A DNA stretch of 64,000 bases. Origin: Octopus sinensis (taxonomy: Eukaryota). The position numbers and the translations under genes were made by a program. The notes beneath the pieces are model-generated. The model had not been told where the DNA came from and did no database searches. It saw only the letters and a program-made list of their open reading frames with translations. The DNA lies in assembly GCF_006345805.1 (NCBI RefSeq), contig NC_043006.1, forward strand, positions 98,456,001 through 98,520,000. The letters run 5' to 3'. Positions 27,647 to 40,107 of this stretch are shown here, one piece after another (the first letter of the stretch is position 1; each line of letters starts with the position of its first letter).

Positions 27647-28270
27647 GATATATATGCGTACATGCATGTAATATACATATGTACATATGAATGAATACGC
27701 ATGTTTGTGTATGCGTGTATGCGTGTGCATGTGTGTATTGCATGTATATGTGTGTGCATGCGTGTGCGTGCATGTTCGTCCAAGCATGTGAGCGTGAAGA
27801 CGTGAGCGTGCGCACGCATGCACAGGTTCTCTCTCTTGCTTCAATGTACACACGCACACAAAACCATATGAGCGCTTATACACACATACAATAAGAATTA
27901 TTTCACAGATGAAGATTTTATATTTATATCAATGCCTTCCTACACATGTTTCGGCATAGCATGTATCTTTACAGGACTACTTCACCATATCTATAAGGTA
28001 TTATTAGATATTCTTCATGATATACATGGGGTCTTTAATGAGCGCACTGATAGGCTTCTGCCATACACAAAATACAAAACACACAAACACACACATATAT
28101 AAGGCTGACAAGGAGAATTATTTTCGTTAACAATCAGCGACAGTGTAATGGGTCCCTGATTAAGATTGATTAAATCTGAAATCATCAGCACTGATTTGAC
28201 TCCATCTCGCTTGTCGTAAGGAGGGAACCTGTCTTCTTTGTCAGCCGTTAGAAAAGTGCGAATAGCCACC

Positions 28271-28318
<48 letters not shown>

Positions 28319-28403
28319 TTCATAATAATAATAATAATAATATTCATAATAATAATACTAATAATACATACATACATACATATATATACATATTCTATTA
28401 CGT

Positions 28404-28597
28404 ATTAAAAGCAGCGCTAGTTCGTGTTTCGCTTATTCGCCGCTATGCTGCAGCAAGCGCTTTGGATTGTCTCGCCTGTCCATGACTTTCAGGTGTTTTT
28501 AACACCCAGTGCTGGAAATAAGAAACATGGGAATAAGAAACACATACATTGATTATGTGCGGTGGATGATATTTTGAATATTAGCGCTGCTTTTAAT
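28404..28597. mobile_element. 194 bp MITE-like element
   Basis: Perfect 16 bp inverted repeat attaaaagcagcgcta (28404-28419) / tagcgctgcttttaat (28582-28597); TTAA inside both ends. Confidence 0.6.
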
Positions 28598-29319
28598 TAT
28601 AACTGAATTTAATATTATAATAGAATTGATGTGACGCACCAGTATAAAGTAATCACATTATTTGTATATTGTTGTAGACTGTGCAATTCGAGCTGCACGA
28701 TGTTGATTAGTCACAAAATGAAATGTTCAATATTTCTCAATCTTGAATTCGATCGAAGTTGAATTGTATCGTCTTCTCTATGAATTCAATGCTTTTTTTT
28801 AACATTAGTATGAGTGAGTTAACCCGAAAGTGATATAGGATAGCCTATCGAGGAACACGTAAGACACATATGCTGAGTATATGTGGTCGATAAAGTATAT
28901 ATACAGATACATGAGTGTGTATGTGTGTATGTGGAGGGGGCAGTACTGAACTTGAGCGCGTTGGATTTTTGTTTGAAGTCTGCGAATCTTTGGGTCGCTT
29001 GAGACAGGATCAAATCCCAGTAACACAAAATGCTTTCTATTTTGGCAGAGGAGTAAATCGATCACAACGGCCCCCAGATGTCAACAGGTACTTATTTCAC
29101 TCTCCCCGGAAAGATAAAAGAGAAAGTTGACCTCGCCGAAACTTGAAACCATGAAATAAAAACGGACGAAATTCCACAAAGCATATTGGCCGGCGTGCTA
29201 CAGTTTATGCGAGCGCTTAATAATAATGATAAACATGTAATAACAATAATAATAATGATAATAATAATATTTGCCAGAAGGGCATATCACATTTACACGC
29301 ATACACACACGGTAAGTTT

Positions 29320-30330
29320 TATTTCTTGTGGATGGATACGGTAGGTTTTTTTGGAGAATATGCAGTTTTCACGGGTGCTTTGCTGGCAGTTCGGTGTACC
29401 GGAGGATTATATGGCGGTGCTGTCTACAATAGTCCACTTATTGCTGTTTTTTTATCTCGGAGGGATGTTCTCTCTATTTCCTGATTTGACCGAGTGCATA
29501 TCCTGAGAGTATCTTCCCTTGAAGTCATTAGATGTTATAATCGTATGGTCCCTAGTAATGCCATCGGATAGTGTAAGGGTGGCTCTGTATACTAAGGTCC
29601 TCAAGAGACAAGTTCCTTCTACATGGCAGATTGTGGGGATTCAGATGCTGCAGGTTGGGGCTGTTACGTCTGTTGAAGCGTGCGATGCTAGATGCGATGT
29701 TGTCTAAGAAGGAGTAGATCACCTTGACATTATGAAGAGTTTGTAATACTCCGGGGGAAGTATTTCTTAATTAACGAGAGGAAGCCCATAGCTACGTTGG
29801 CGGCTAATACTTCTCCTAATCCTTTTGGTGTGAGGAGAAGGTGTTTGGGTCCACATACTTCAGCTCCTCAGTAAGTCCGCTTCTAGCGAAAGCATCGTTG
29901 TAGTGATCGGAACCGGGTTTCTAATTACAGCGGGGGGATGGTTTGACCTCTTTTGGATGTATACTGTATCCTCTTTAGGCTGCCTGTACGGGTAGTAATT
30001 TTCCGTACTTTGGTCTAAGATTACGTCCAAGAACTTGACAGTATTCAGGTTGATAGAAACCGTTATGGAAATGCCGAACTCCTTAAATATTTTTATAAAG
30101 TCCTTTCTGAACATATCTATGTTGTGGCCATTCATATGGCTTGAGATGTGCGGGTACGTCTCTTAAGGATATCGAAGATGTATAAACCGACGAGTTTTGA
30201 GATTTTAGCCCGGTCAAAGCTCCCCATAGAGACCCCGGACAAAGGGTCACCTTCTTTTTTTACCCAGAAAGAATCGTCGTGCATCAGAATGGACTTTCTG
30301 GCATTCATGATAATTCTGATATCATGGTCA
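29320..30330 (-). pseudogene. Nematis-like PLE relic (RT, thumb and GIY-YIG)
   Basis: IIMNARKSILMHDDSFWVKKEG...SMGSFDRAKISKLVGLYI; RKDFIKIFKEFGISIT...KFLDV...YYPYRQP...SNHPP; NVAMGFLSLIKKYFP; NVKVIYS; CHVEGTCLLRTLVYRAT. Clade assignment is from motif recall only. Confidence 0.85.
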
Positions 30331-30435
30331 CTAATATATAAATACACACACACACACACACGGACACTCACACACACATACATATATATATACATACACA
30401 CACATACATACACAGAGAAAGAGAGAGTGAGAGAG

Positions 30436-31670
30436 AGGGGATGCGATGGAAAAATTGTCGTCTTTTAAAATTTTTTATTTCGCGCATGCGCTTTGTTTGT
30501 TTTTGATATTGTCTACTACAGTTGGGCAACATCTGTGAGAAAAATAGCAGCATGACGCAATCCATCCTTCCAGAAATTTGGAAACAAGATGCTGTGCTGC
30601 TTCGCATTCGTACCGTAATCTCCAATACGAACATTTCAGAATGTTTGGGTGTCAATCTGAAGACAGTGAAGAGGATTTGGGAAGAGTTGGATGGGGCTAA
30701 TGGTGATTATGAAGGTACAGCAGCTCGGAAAACACACTCAGATCTTTCTCATTAGAAAAGGGCTTCTGTTGAGATACAGACGATGATTGACAATGATCCC
30801 AGGAACATGGGAGTGTTTGAGTTTCTTATCGAGTAAGTAGTGCATGAAGACATTCAGTATTCCTCCTACTAGATAAGAAAGGGCCAATTTTTATTCCAAG
30901 CTATGAAGGACAAGAGGTAAGACCGCCCTACAATTCTTTTGAACAAACACAAGCATCCCCTAGGATGGCATTTGATTTTTCTCAGACGAGAAAAGTTTCT
31001 GCCAGTATAAGATGGTGAAACGCACAGAACCACCGTTGGTATGACGTGTCCCCGTAACATGTACCAAGAGTGATAAAAACCAAACATGCAGTCAACATTT
31101 GGTGTCATCACTAGTGATGGCTACGTTATGCCTCCATTCATCTCCACACACAGACTCAACATTGAGGCCTACATCAGGTTCCCGGATGTGGTAGCGCTGC
31201 CCATGATCAAGAGGTTGGGTGTTGGAAGACTCTATGTCAGGCAACAGGACCCTATGTCTGCACCATGCCACACGAGCAGGAGAAACCAGTCATAGATGTC
31301 AGACAATTTCTGCGACCACATCGTCCCTAAAATCTGACCACCTAGCTCCCCAGACTGCAACACCCTTGACTATTATGTGTGGCGCGTAGTGGGACGAAAG
31401 ACTAGGAAATCTCACTGTAAGACCAAAGATCAACTGAAGGCAACGATTATAATACCATTCACCAACTTGAAAAGGAGATTGTTTAGAAGAGTTGCAGCTG
31501 ATTCCAAAGTCGTCTGGAGGCCGTGGCTGAAGCGACTGGCAATTTTATTGAACAAATTTACCCTTTAGTATTTCAAGATATTTTTATGTAGTTTGGTAAA
31601 TATATCTGTTATAATGAGATATCAGTGTTATTTTCTTTTTTACGTAGTTTAGACAATTTATTCACCCTAC
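30436..31670 (+). mobile_element. Near full-length decayed Tc1/mariner (maT-like) element
   Basis: N-terminal HTH-like NISECLGVNLKTVKRIW, FGVITSDGYVMPPF, RQQDPMSAPCHTS, PSSPDCNTLDYYVW; both ends share aaattgtc in inverted orientation. Confidence 0.85.
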
Positions 31671-31676
31671 AGCGTG

Positions 31677-31707
<31 letters not shown>

Positions 31708-33325
31708 ATGCGTATGTGTGTGTGTGCGTGTGTGTTTGTGTATGTTTGTTCGCGTCTGTGTGTATGTGTGTGTTTGTGTGCGCGTGTATGTATATGTGTG
31801 TATTCATTTTCATACTTATATATTCTTTTATGTATAGGCAATGAACATTAGCGTGTGTGTGTGTTCTGTGTGTCTATGTATGTGTAACTATATTCTCTCA
31901 CACGTGGCTCGATGTATAGGCAAGTGCTATTTCGCAAAAAATAACGGATATAATGCAACTTGATTGATCTACCTGTGCAAGTTAAAATAGCTTAAAATTC
32001 TGTGCGAAAAACAAAAGACTTTAAAAGATTTCAATTTGCTTCAATTCTAACTGAAACAACGTTCATAAATAAAGAAGATTTTAAGGAACTATGCTCAATT
32101 CATTATCCTAATACAATAATATTTGTAATGAATTATATCTACTCAAATATTTCCTTCTAATCTATGCTTTTACGTTTCGGGTGTTATTCATTCATTCATT
32201 CTGCTTTAATAATAAACAAAGAAATGATTGAAAGAGCTTTCTTCCTATTTAATTCTGAATTTGAAATAGATTTGCTTCCCAAACTAGAACAAAAGAAGTA
32301 GTTAGTTAATAAGAAAATGTACATATATAAATTCGTAGTAAATCGTTAGAGAATGAAAATAAATACCACCATGAAATACATTTTCAAATAAACAATTGGA
32401 ATAAAGATTCTCAATAGCTTGCTTAAAGCATTTTAAGAATAATTAAATCGATTTTGAAATTTTCTGTCAGCTTACATTTAAAGATATACAAACCGGTATC
32501 AAAATGGTGAATATATTTGTGATCGTGTGTGTGCGCGCGCATGTGTGTGTGAGTGAGTATGTGTGTCTGTGTGGGATGGGGGCGAGCATACGGGCGTGTG
32601 CATTTATGGGTGTGTCTGTGTATATATATATATATATGTACATACATACATACATACAAATGTGTGCGTGTGTGTATGTCTATATACACACACACATATA
32701 TATGTATATATATATGTGTGTATATATATATACATACACATGTATGCACTTATATATACATACATATATATATATATATATATGCATAAGGGAGAGAGAG
32801 AGTGAAAAGAGGTGAGGGGGAACGTACTAAATAATAACCTTCATAATAATAACGTTAGTATTCATCATTAATTAATTGCACTCAGTAGCATAGATTTCAT
32901 TAACTGTAATTAAATATAAATTTCTTTAAACAAGCCATCATGGTTGAGTGCTAAACAGTGAGGGCGTCGTCGTGGAAATGTATATTAGTACTTAATTTCA
33001 ATCGAAAAAATTTTAGTTAAGACTCATTTTCCAAGATCTTTCCGTATCATTTCATTTCTCCAGTGTATAAGAACTATTTATAATTATTTAAATTTAATTA
33101 TGTGTATTTAACGAAATTGTGCCATACAATTACTGACGATCGAACTTATGAAGAAAGCGTTTTTTTTTTTTAATAATTTATTGCCTTCAGAAATTTCATA
33201 TTTTGACACCAAATACAGCAATAACCTCTCCAACCATATATTTTGTGGTCACATAATATTTTAACTCAATGTATTATTTTTGACCAGTGTTAGACTTAGT
33301 GGAATAATTTAACTCATTTGAAATA

Positions 33326-33508
33326 TAGGCGCAGGAGTGACTGTGTGGTAAGTAGCTTGCTAGCCAGCTACATGGTTCCGCGTTCAGTGCTACTGCGTGG
33401 CATCTTGGGCAAGTGTCTTCTGCTATAGGCCCGGGCCGACCAATGCCTTGTGAGTGGATTTGGTAGACGGAAACTGAAAGAAGCCTGTCGTATGTATATA
33501 TATATATG

Positions 33509-33542
<34 letters not shown>

Positions 33543-33740
33543 CGTGTATTTGTCTGTCTGTGTTTGTCCCCCTAGCATTGCTTGACAACCGATGCTGGTT
33601 TACGACCCCTTCACTTAGCGGTTCGGCAAAAGATACCGATTGAATAAGTACTGGGCTTACAAAGAATAAGTCCCGGGGTCGATGTGCTCGACTAAAGGCG
33701 GTGCTCCAGCATGGCCACAAGTAAAAGAGTAAATAGAGTA
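33326..33740 (+). mobile_element. SINE family B, full length
   Basis: taggcgcaggagtgactgtgtggtaagtagcttgc head to gtaaaagagtaaatagagta tail. Confidence 0.92.
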
Positions 33741-34470
33741 CAGATTTATTATAGAAAGTGCGGTGAAAATCTATACCTAAATGTAGAAAGGTCACGAGTA
33801 GAAAAAGCATTATCAAGCAAACTTGATGTGAAATGCATATCTCATGACTCAGTGAGACGCTTTGATATGCCACCTCCTATGTATCTTTTCGTACTGGTCT
33901 GCTGCCCACTAGTGAATTTTGACTTCGAGTGTGTGAGTGTCACTGTCTAAATACATTACTAAATACAATTGCGCCAGATATCAGATTTCTATGCAACTCA
34001 ATTAGGTAGAGGAGCTCTCGGTGTGCTAGTTTGCTGAACATCAGGAACACCTGGAACAGTTTGATACCATGTGGTCAATGTGATGTTTTTCCATGGTCAG
34101 CGCAACGACATATTTATAGTAGGGAGGGAGAGCTTTTGATTTCTGCGGTAGCTCATGCAACTGAATATTGTCTTGCTCCTCTATATATTAAATTAGTAAT
34201 CATATTAAAAACGCTGAAGGAGCAAGGTATGTATAACTGAGAGACAGATGTTGAAGAAAATGTAAAATGTACTTCTACTTAAGTAAAATTTTCTGCATTA
34301 ATTGGTTTGTGTAATGCCTCCTTTTGGCAAGATTATTAGTAATTTTAGTCCAGAAGTGTTTTCTGACAAAATGAGAGTTTCAAATCTCTAAGTGGTATTA
34401 AAGACGTGACCAATTAGATGGAGGATATCGGTTTGAAACTAAGATTAACACAAACATACACAAGAAAACA

Positions 34471-34856
34471 TAAAACATTTATTGTAAGGACAATATTACA
34501 TCAATCTAGATTACACCATTTGCAATGTCAACCGTGGGAAATCGCGTGATTAATTATACGTTTTCATCAGGGAAACAAGGAAACAAAATGAGTATCAAAG
34601 GATTGAGGTACAATCCGTACATGTTTTATGTTGGGATACGGCATTGAAACACAATCTTAATTGTTTGGAAATATCAAACCAGTGCGTGAGGTTTGTAAAT
34701 CCTGCCTGTTTATTTGTTCCTTTTGCACGAATGTGCAGAATGAAAGCAGAAATTTTCTTCTCCTAACTTGTGCATTACCGATTATCAAAATATATAACTC
34801 GTCTTAAAAATCTCCAGCAAAATAGTAACAAAATTTCAAACCCTGCTCTATGTACA
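34471..34856. repeat. ~385 bp dispersed repeat, copy 1 (copy 2 at 45067-45451)
   Basis: Same orientation and high identity by eye; no recognisable coding motif. Confidence 0.92.
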
Positions 34857-35112
34857 TGAGATTAAGATCAAACGCCTTACGGACATAAGATGAAAAGCCT
34901 TTAAGGACCAGTGGTTCCATGAGTGACAATTCATCACATACAAAGGCTTCTTGATACTCGTGCTAAGGCTAACACTGTAAATTCCTGATTATCAACGAGG
35001 ACAGCATTTTCACATGATTATAATTGGTTAGGGAATGTAATAAGTGTCTCTCATAAAACATGTAAAATTTCAGGGACTGATAATATTGAAGGTATAAATC
35101 ATCGACCCATGT

Positions 35113-35327
35113 AGCCGGCGGGCTGGCATAATCGTTAGTACTCCAGACAAAATGCTTAGCGGCATTTCGTCTGTATTACGTTTTGAGTTGAAATTCTGTC
35201 AAGGTCTGCTTTACTCTTCATCCTTTCAGGCTCGATAAAATAATTACCAGTTGGACGCTGGGTTCGATGTAATCGACTTAGCTTCTTCGAAATTACTGAT
35301 CTTGTGTCAAAATTTCAAACCAATACT
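35113..35327 (+). mobile_element. SINE family A, diverged
   Basis: ggcgggctggcataatcgttagtac head, ttcatcctttcaggctcgataaa body. Confidence 0.75.
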
Positions 35328-35456
35328 GAAGGCACAAATACGAAACATATATGGCTTATGTTGAGATGGGTCAATATCAGTGAATATATGTGCACACGCG
35401 TACATAACTGCGCGTGCGTACATACATACACACACATGCACACACACAAACATTCA

Positions 35457-35581
<125 letters not shown>

Positions 35582-36312
35582 AACTTATGTATGCGTATAT
35601 CTATGCTTATTCATGTGTGTCTGTATTTGAGTATATATGTGTGTGCGTGTGCGTGCGAGTGTGTGCGTGCGTGTGTGTGTGTGTAAAAAGACTGACGAGT
35701 AACTGACACAAATTTGACTAACATAAGTATTAATAAATTGTCATATGCACATTGAACAGCGAGATTCAAGATATTTGTTCTCAGTATGGTCCGGCAGATT
35801 CGAACGTGATTATGCCAATCAAAAGTGGAGTTTTGTTACCCGAAAACAACACCTTTCCTATAAAATCGCGTTCATATCACATTCTACTCATGATCCTGAA
35901 GAGTCTATGCGTATATGTTCAAATCTGCCGAAGAATATATATGTAAGTGGTCATTTTGATTGTCGTTGTTCACCTATGATAAGACGATGTATATTCGATT
36001 AACAGATATATCTGCATGTATCAATCAATAATTTGTCTGTTGAAATTACATAAACCAGCTACAATCTCTCGTTAGGTTGCTTTGTTCAAAGTCTATTTGG
36101 CAGACGAGACAACGATGTCCAAATATTAGGTGTCCATTGTTCCCTTGCTCTAATGAATCGAATGCATGAATAGCTGTTGTCTAGTTATTAAACATACAGA
36201 CAGTATTAGTATATTCACATCCGAATGCGCTGCAGCATACTGAGGGTTACTATGCATTTCATGGAACAGCGTAATATATTTTGCTTCAATGGTGATACAA
36301 GTATGTGGAACA

Positions 36313-36554
36313 TACTCTTACTCTTTACTCTTTTACTTGTTTCAATCATTTGACTGTAGCCATGGTGGAGCACCACCTTTAGTCTAGATCATCGACCCCC
36401 AAGACTTATTCTTTGTAAGCCTAGTATTTATTCTATCCGTCTCTTTTACCGAACCGCTAAGTTACGGGGACGGAAAACACACCAGCATCGATTGTCAAGC
36501 GATGCTTGGGGACACACACAGACACACAAACATATATATATATATGTATATATA

Positions 36555-36597
<43 letters not shown>

Positions 36598-36614
36598 CAT
36601 ATATATATACATAC

Positions 36615-36679
<65 letters not shown>

Positions 36680-36845
36680 TACGACGAGCTTCTTTCAGTT
36701 TCCGTCTACCAATCCACTCACAAGGCTTTGGTCAGCCCGGGGCTATAGTAGAAGACACTTGCCCAAGGTGCGACGCAGTGGGGATGAAACTGGAACCATG
36801 TAGTTCGTAAGCAAGCTACTTACCATACAGCCACTCCTACGCCTA
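36313..36845 (-). mobile_element. SINE family B with expanded internal (TA)n
   Basis: Full head and tail; the internal TA tract is about 150 bp. Confidence 0.92.
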
Positions 36846-36933
36846 TTTATAGTTACCGAATGTATTACTTATTATTTCAAGCAAAAGTGCTACTTGTAAA
36901 ATCTCAATAAGACATAGGATTATAAGAAAAGTA

Positions 36934-37070
36934 AAGTTAATCGCCACATCAATGTGGCTGTTCCAGATCACTACTGGTTATTGATACACCGATAACCAGC
37001 AGGTGGAGGATCTGCCTGGGGTTAAACTAGTAGTAATATGGAACAGCCACATTGACGCTATGATTAACTT
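36934..37070. mobile_element. Short foldback/MITE-like element
   Basis: tcaatgtggctgttcca (36949-36965) / tggaacagccacattga (37039-37055) are perfect inverted repeats inside longer imperfect arms; the right arm is homologous to 44478-44530. Confidence 0.7.
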
Positions 37071-37619
37071 CACTTGTTACTTATAATTTATTTTCTGATT
37101 ATATTTTCTTCCTTCCTTCCTGTTTTTGAATTACTTATGACTTCATAATCCGTATCTGATGCTGAATATATATTTCCGGCCTTTAAGCGTGTATATAGGA
37201 ACATAGAACAAAATCAAAATCCAGAATTATGCTTATATATCTGGAACTTACAGGAAATCATTTTTTTTCCCGTCTTGATTCCTCTCTCTGTCTCTCTGTC
37301 TCTCTGTCTCTCTTTCTCACATGCACACACACGCACACATACACACAAATATATATGCCTTCACCTTCGAAACATAGAGTAGATGAAACCATGGCGACTG
37401 AAGAAGGGGGTTTTTCCTTGTGTTATTTGTCCTGTACTCTATTTTTTTTGTTGTTTAAGAAAAATGTCCAGTTCCTTGGGTTTGTGTCTATGTTTTCGAT
37501 TCTTATTGTGTTCGACGTTTTTTTTGTGTCCTGTACTCATATATGCGTGTATATATATATACATGTAGAGGTAGGTACGTACATATATGTATATATATAT
37601 ATATGTATATATATTATAT

Positions 37620-37661
<42 letters not shown>

Positions 37662-37667
37662 ATATAT

Positions 37668-37869
37668 TGGTAAAAACGGTAAGATAACAAAAGAAAGAAA
37701 GAGACCTCAATATTATGTAAATAGAGGAATTTATCTGTAAAATAATATGTTACGATTATTCAATTGCCAAGATAAAACGGAAGAGATGGTGTTGTGGATT
37801 TCCACTTCGGCATCCGAAACTCAGAGTTTTATCTTGGGTATTGAATAATGGTAACATATTCATTTACAG

Positions 37870-37871
<2 letters not shown>
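37668..37871. mobile_element. Hammerhead-bearing (TA)n-flanked foldback element, centre-deleted copy
   Basis: Homologous in reverse orientation to 48189-48461; retains GATG..CATC-CGAAAC-TCAGAGTT-TTATC but the core reads CGGAAGA. Confidence 0.8.
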
Positions 37872-37927
<56 letters not shown>

Positions 37928-37928
<1 letters not shown>

Positions 37929-38322
37929 TAGCAGTATCGCCCGGCGTTGCTCGGGTTTGTAAGGGAAATAATTATATAAGCATTTTTAGAGATGTAAAGT
38001 ATAATAGCCATCTCAATATGGCTAACCACAAAGGGGGTGGGTGTTACTGTAGCTTTTTAAGTTCTGAGATTTAATAATAAATTTTTAGAGAGTTACTTCC
38101 CTTATATATGCCAAAAATGCTTTAAAATGGGGAAAATTGAGGTTAATTTTTTTTGAAATCGTAGACTCATCGTAGACGCGCGCTAATACCCAGAATGGCT
38201 CGATATGAATCACGACTATAAGATACCCGGTTTTGGTTAAACTGAACCGCAAAATGTGGGAGTAGTTAGGAATCTAAATCGTAGGAAACAGACAGCACAC
38301 AAATTCTCTTTTATATATAAAG
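37928..38322 (-). mobile_element. Non-autonomous Helitron, second copy
   Basis: ctagcagtatcgcccggcgttgctcgggt is the reverse complement of the 23592-23989 3' end; colinear over ~395 bp. Confidence 0.88.
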
Positions 38323-39489
38323 TGATATAAATATATATAATATATATATATATGTAAAACTATTTATCCATCTAGCTAGTTGTATGTGTATACACACACT
38401 CACACACAAGCATATACGTATACATGCATATGGAATCCTACAATACCTATATACGTATTTCGATATTAATATAGTTATATACGCCCGAGCTTGTATTTGT
38501 CGGTGAATGTGTTGAGACAACTTTTAAATGCATAATAAGTGGACAGAAATTAATATGTTCTATACTGATCAATACTGCATAGTTTTTCTTTCTATTTCAA
38601 ATTACTTTCTCTTATTTTGTTTTGACTTATTTCCAAATCAAGAAGAAAGGAAACCATAACCCAACCAGGCAATATTTGAAAGCTTATACTTACATGCACT
38701 TCATTATACTCATCGAGATAACCACGGCCGGTAAAATCGATGCATATATGAATGCCTCGTTATATAGTTATTGTTTGTGAGTGAGTACGTCTTTTAAAAG
38801 TATGAGTGGTGGTAGGGATATTTACATACGCACCAACGATATTAGTTATGAATTTAATGCAACTGAAATTCGTATCCCAGTGTTATAAGTTTCATATTAA
38901 ATGTGTTTCGTTCATATGTTGTTTTTCAACTTTTGACGTAACGTAACGAAATAACAATGTACAGCCTACATAAGATTCTAATACAATTTATTTGGCATTG
39001 ACCAAATATGTCTGCAAATAAAATAGGCTTAAAAGACGAGAGAAAATATAATAAACATCCCATTATTATAAATCTGTATCCTAAAAACCATGAGAATTGT
39101 TATCAGTTCATTGCTAGTTTTGTATTTGTTTGTATTAATTATATCGCAAAATACTCTCCGTAAAACAACGCTTCGAATTCGAACGTTGACGATCAGCAGA
39201 ACTCCAAATGTTACATGTCAGATTTGTCTAAATTAAGTGAGAACTAAAGCAGGACATACAGTTATTTCCTGAGTAATCGTTTAAAAATAATATATCTTCA
39301 GCAATTCAATAGAAGCAATAAGACACCACACGTTGTGTAATTACCCAACGCTATTCACTTTCAATAGAATTTCGAAGACAAAGGAATGTGCAGAATCTTG
39401 CCATATATGTAAATATATGAGTGTTTGCATTGTGTACACATACACAAACGCACACAAACATGTTATATGTGTTGTGTATGTAATATATA

Positions 39490-39530
<41 letters not shown>

Positions 39531-39617
39531 TATTCGAGACAAAACCACTATTTTGCAAAACAAACAAGGAAAGACTTAATTAATACATAAAATTTTAATA
39601 AATAGTCAAAAAAACCG

Positions 39618-39660
39618 CCACTACAATCGTTTCTTGTCTTGATCGACAATCTTCAGGTGG
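39618..39660 (-). ncRNA. Minimal type I hammerhead ribozyme
   Basis: Minus strand CCAC-CTGAAGA-TTGTC gatcaa GACAA-GAAAC gatt GTA-GTGG: 4 bp stem I, 5 bp stem II, 2 bp stem III, GUA cleavage triplet, complete core. Confidence 0.8.
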
Positions 39661-40107
39661 ACTTCCAATCTAAAAAATCAATATTTTAAAATATAAAAAT
39701 AATAATTTTAAAATAATTAAGTATGAATGAAAAAATATAAGTATATAATCCATATATAACCTATCTATAATCCATATAAACAATATATAACAATATATAA
39801 ACTAAAAAAACCTATCAACAATTAAATATAAAATATAAAATATAAAATATAAAATATAAAACAAAACAAAAAAAAAAAAAAATAAAAAAATAATAATAAT
39901 ATAATAATAAACTATATATACACCCATACGCATATACTTAATTATATATAACCATATCTAACTACATACACTAAATCACACACCTATATATATATCCCTA
40001 TACATACACATAAAAATGTCTAGGCAACTATAATAAATAAAATAGCTAAATACTTCAACACAATACTTATTCATACTCCCACCACACACACATACAACCC
40101 ACATTCA

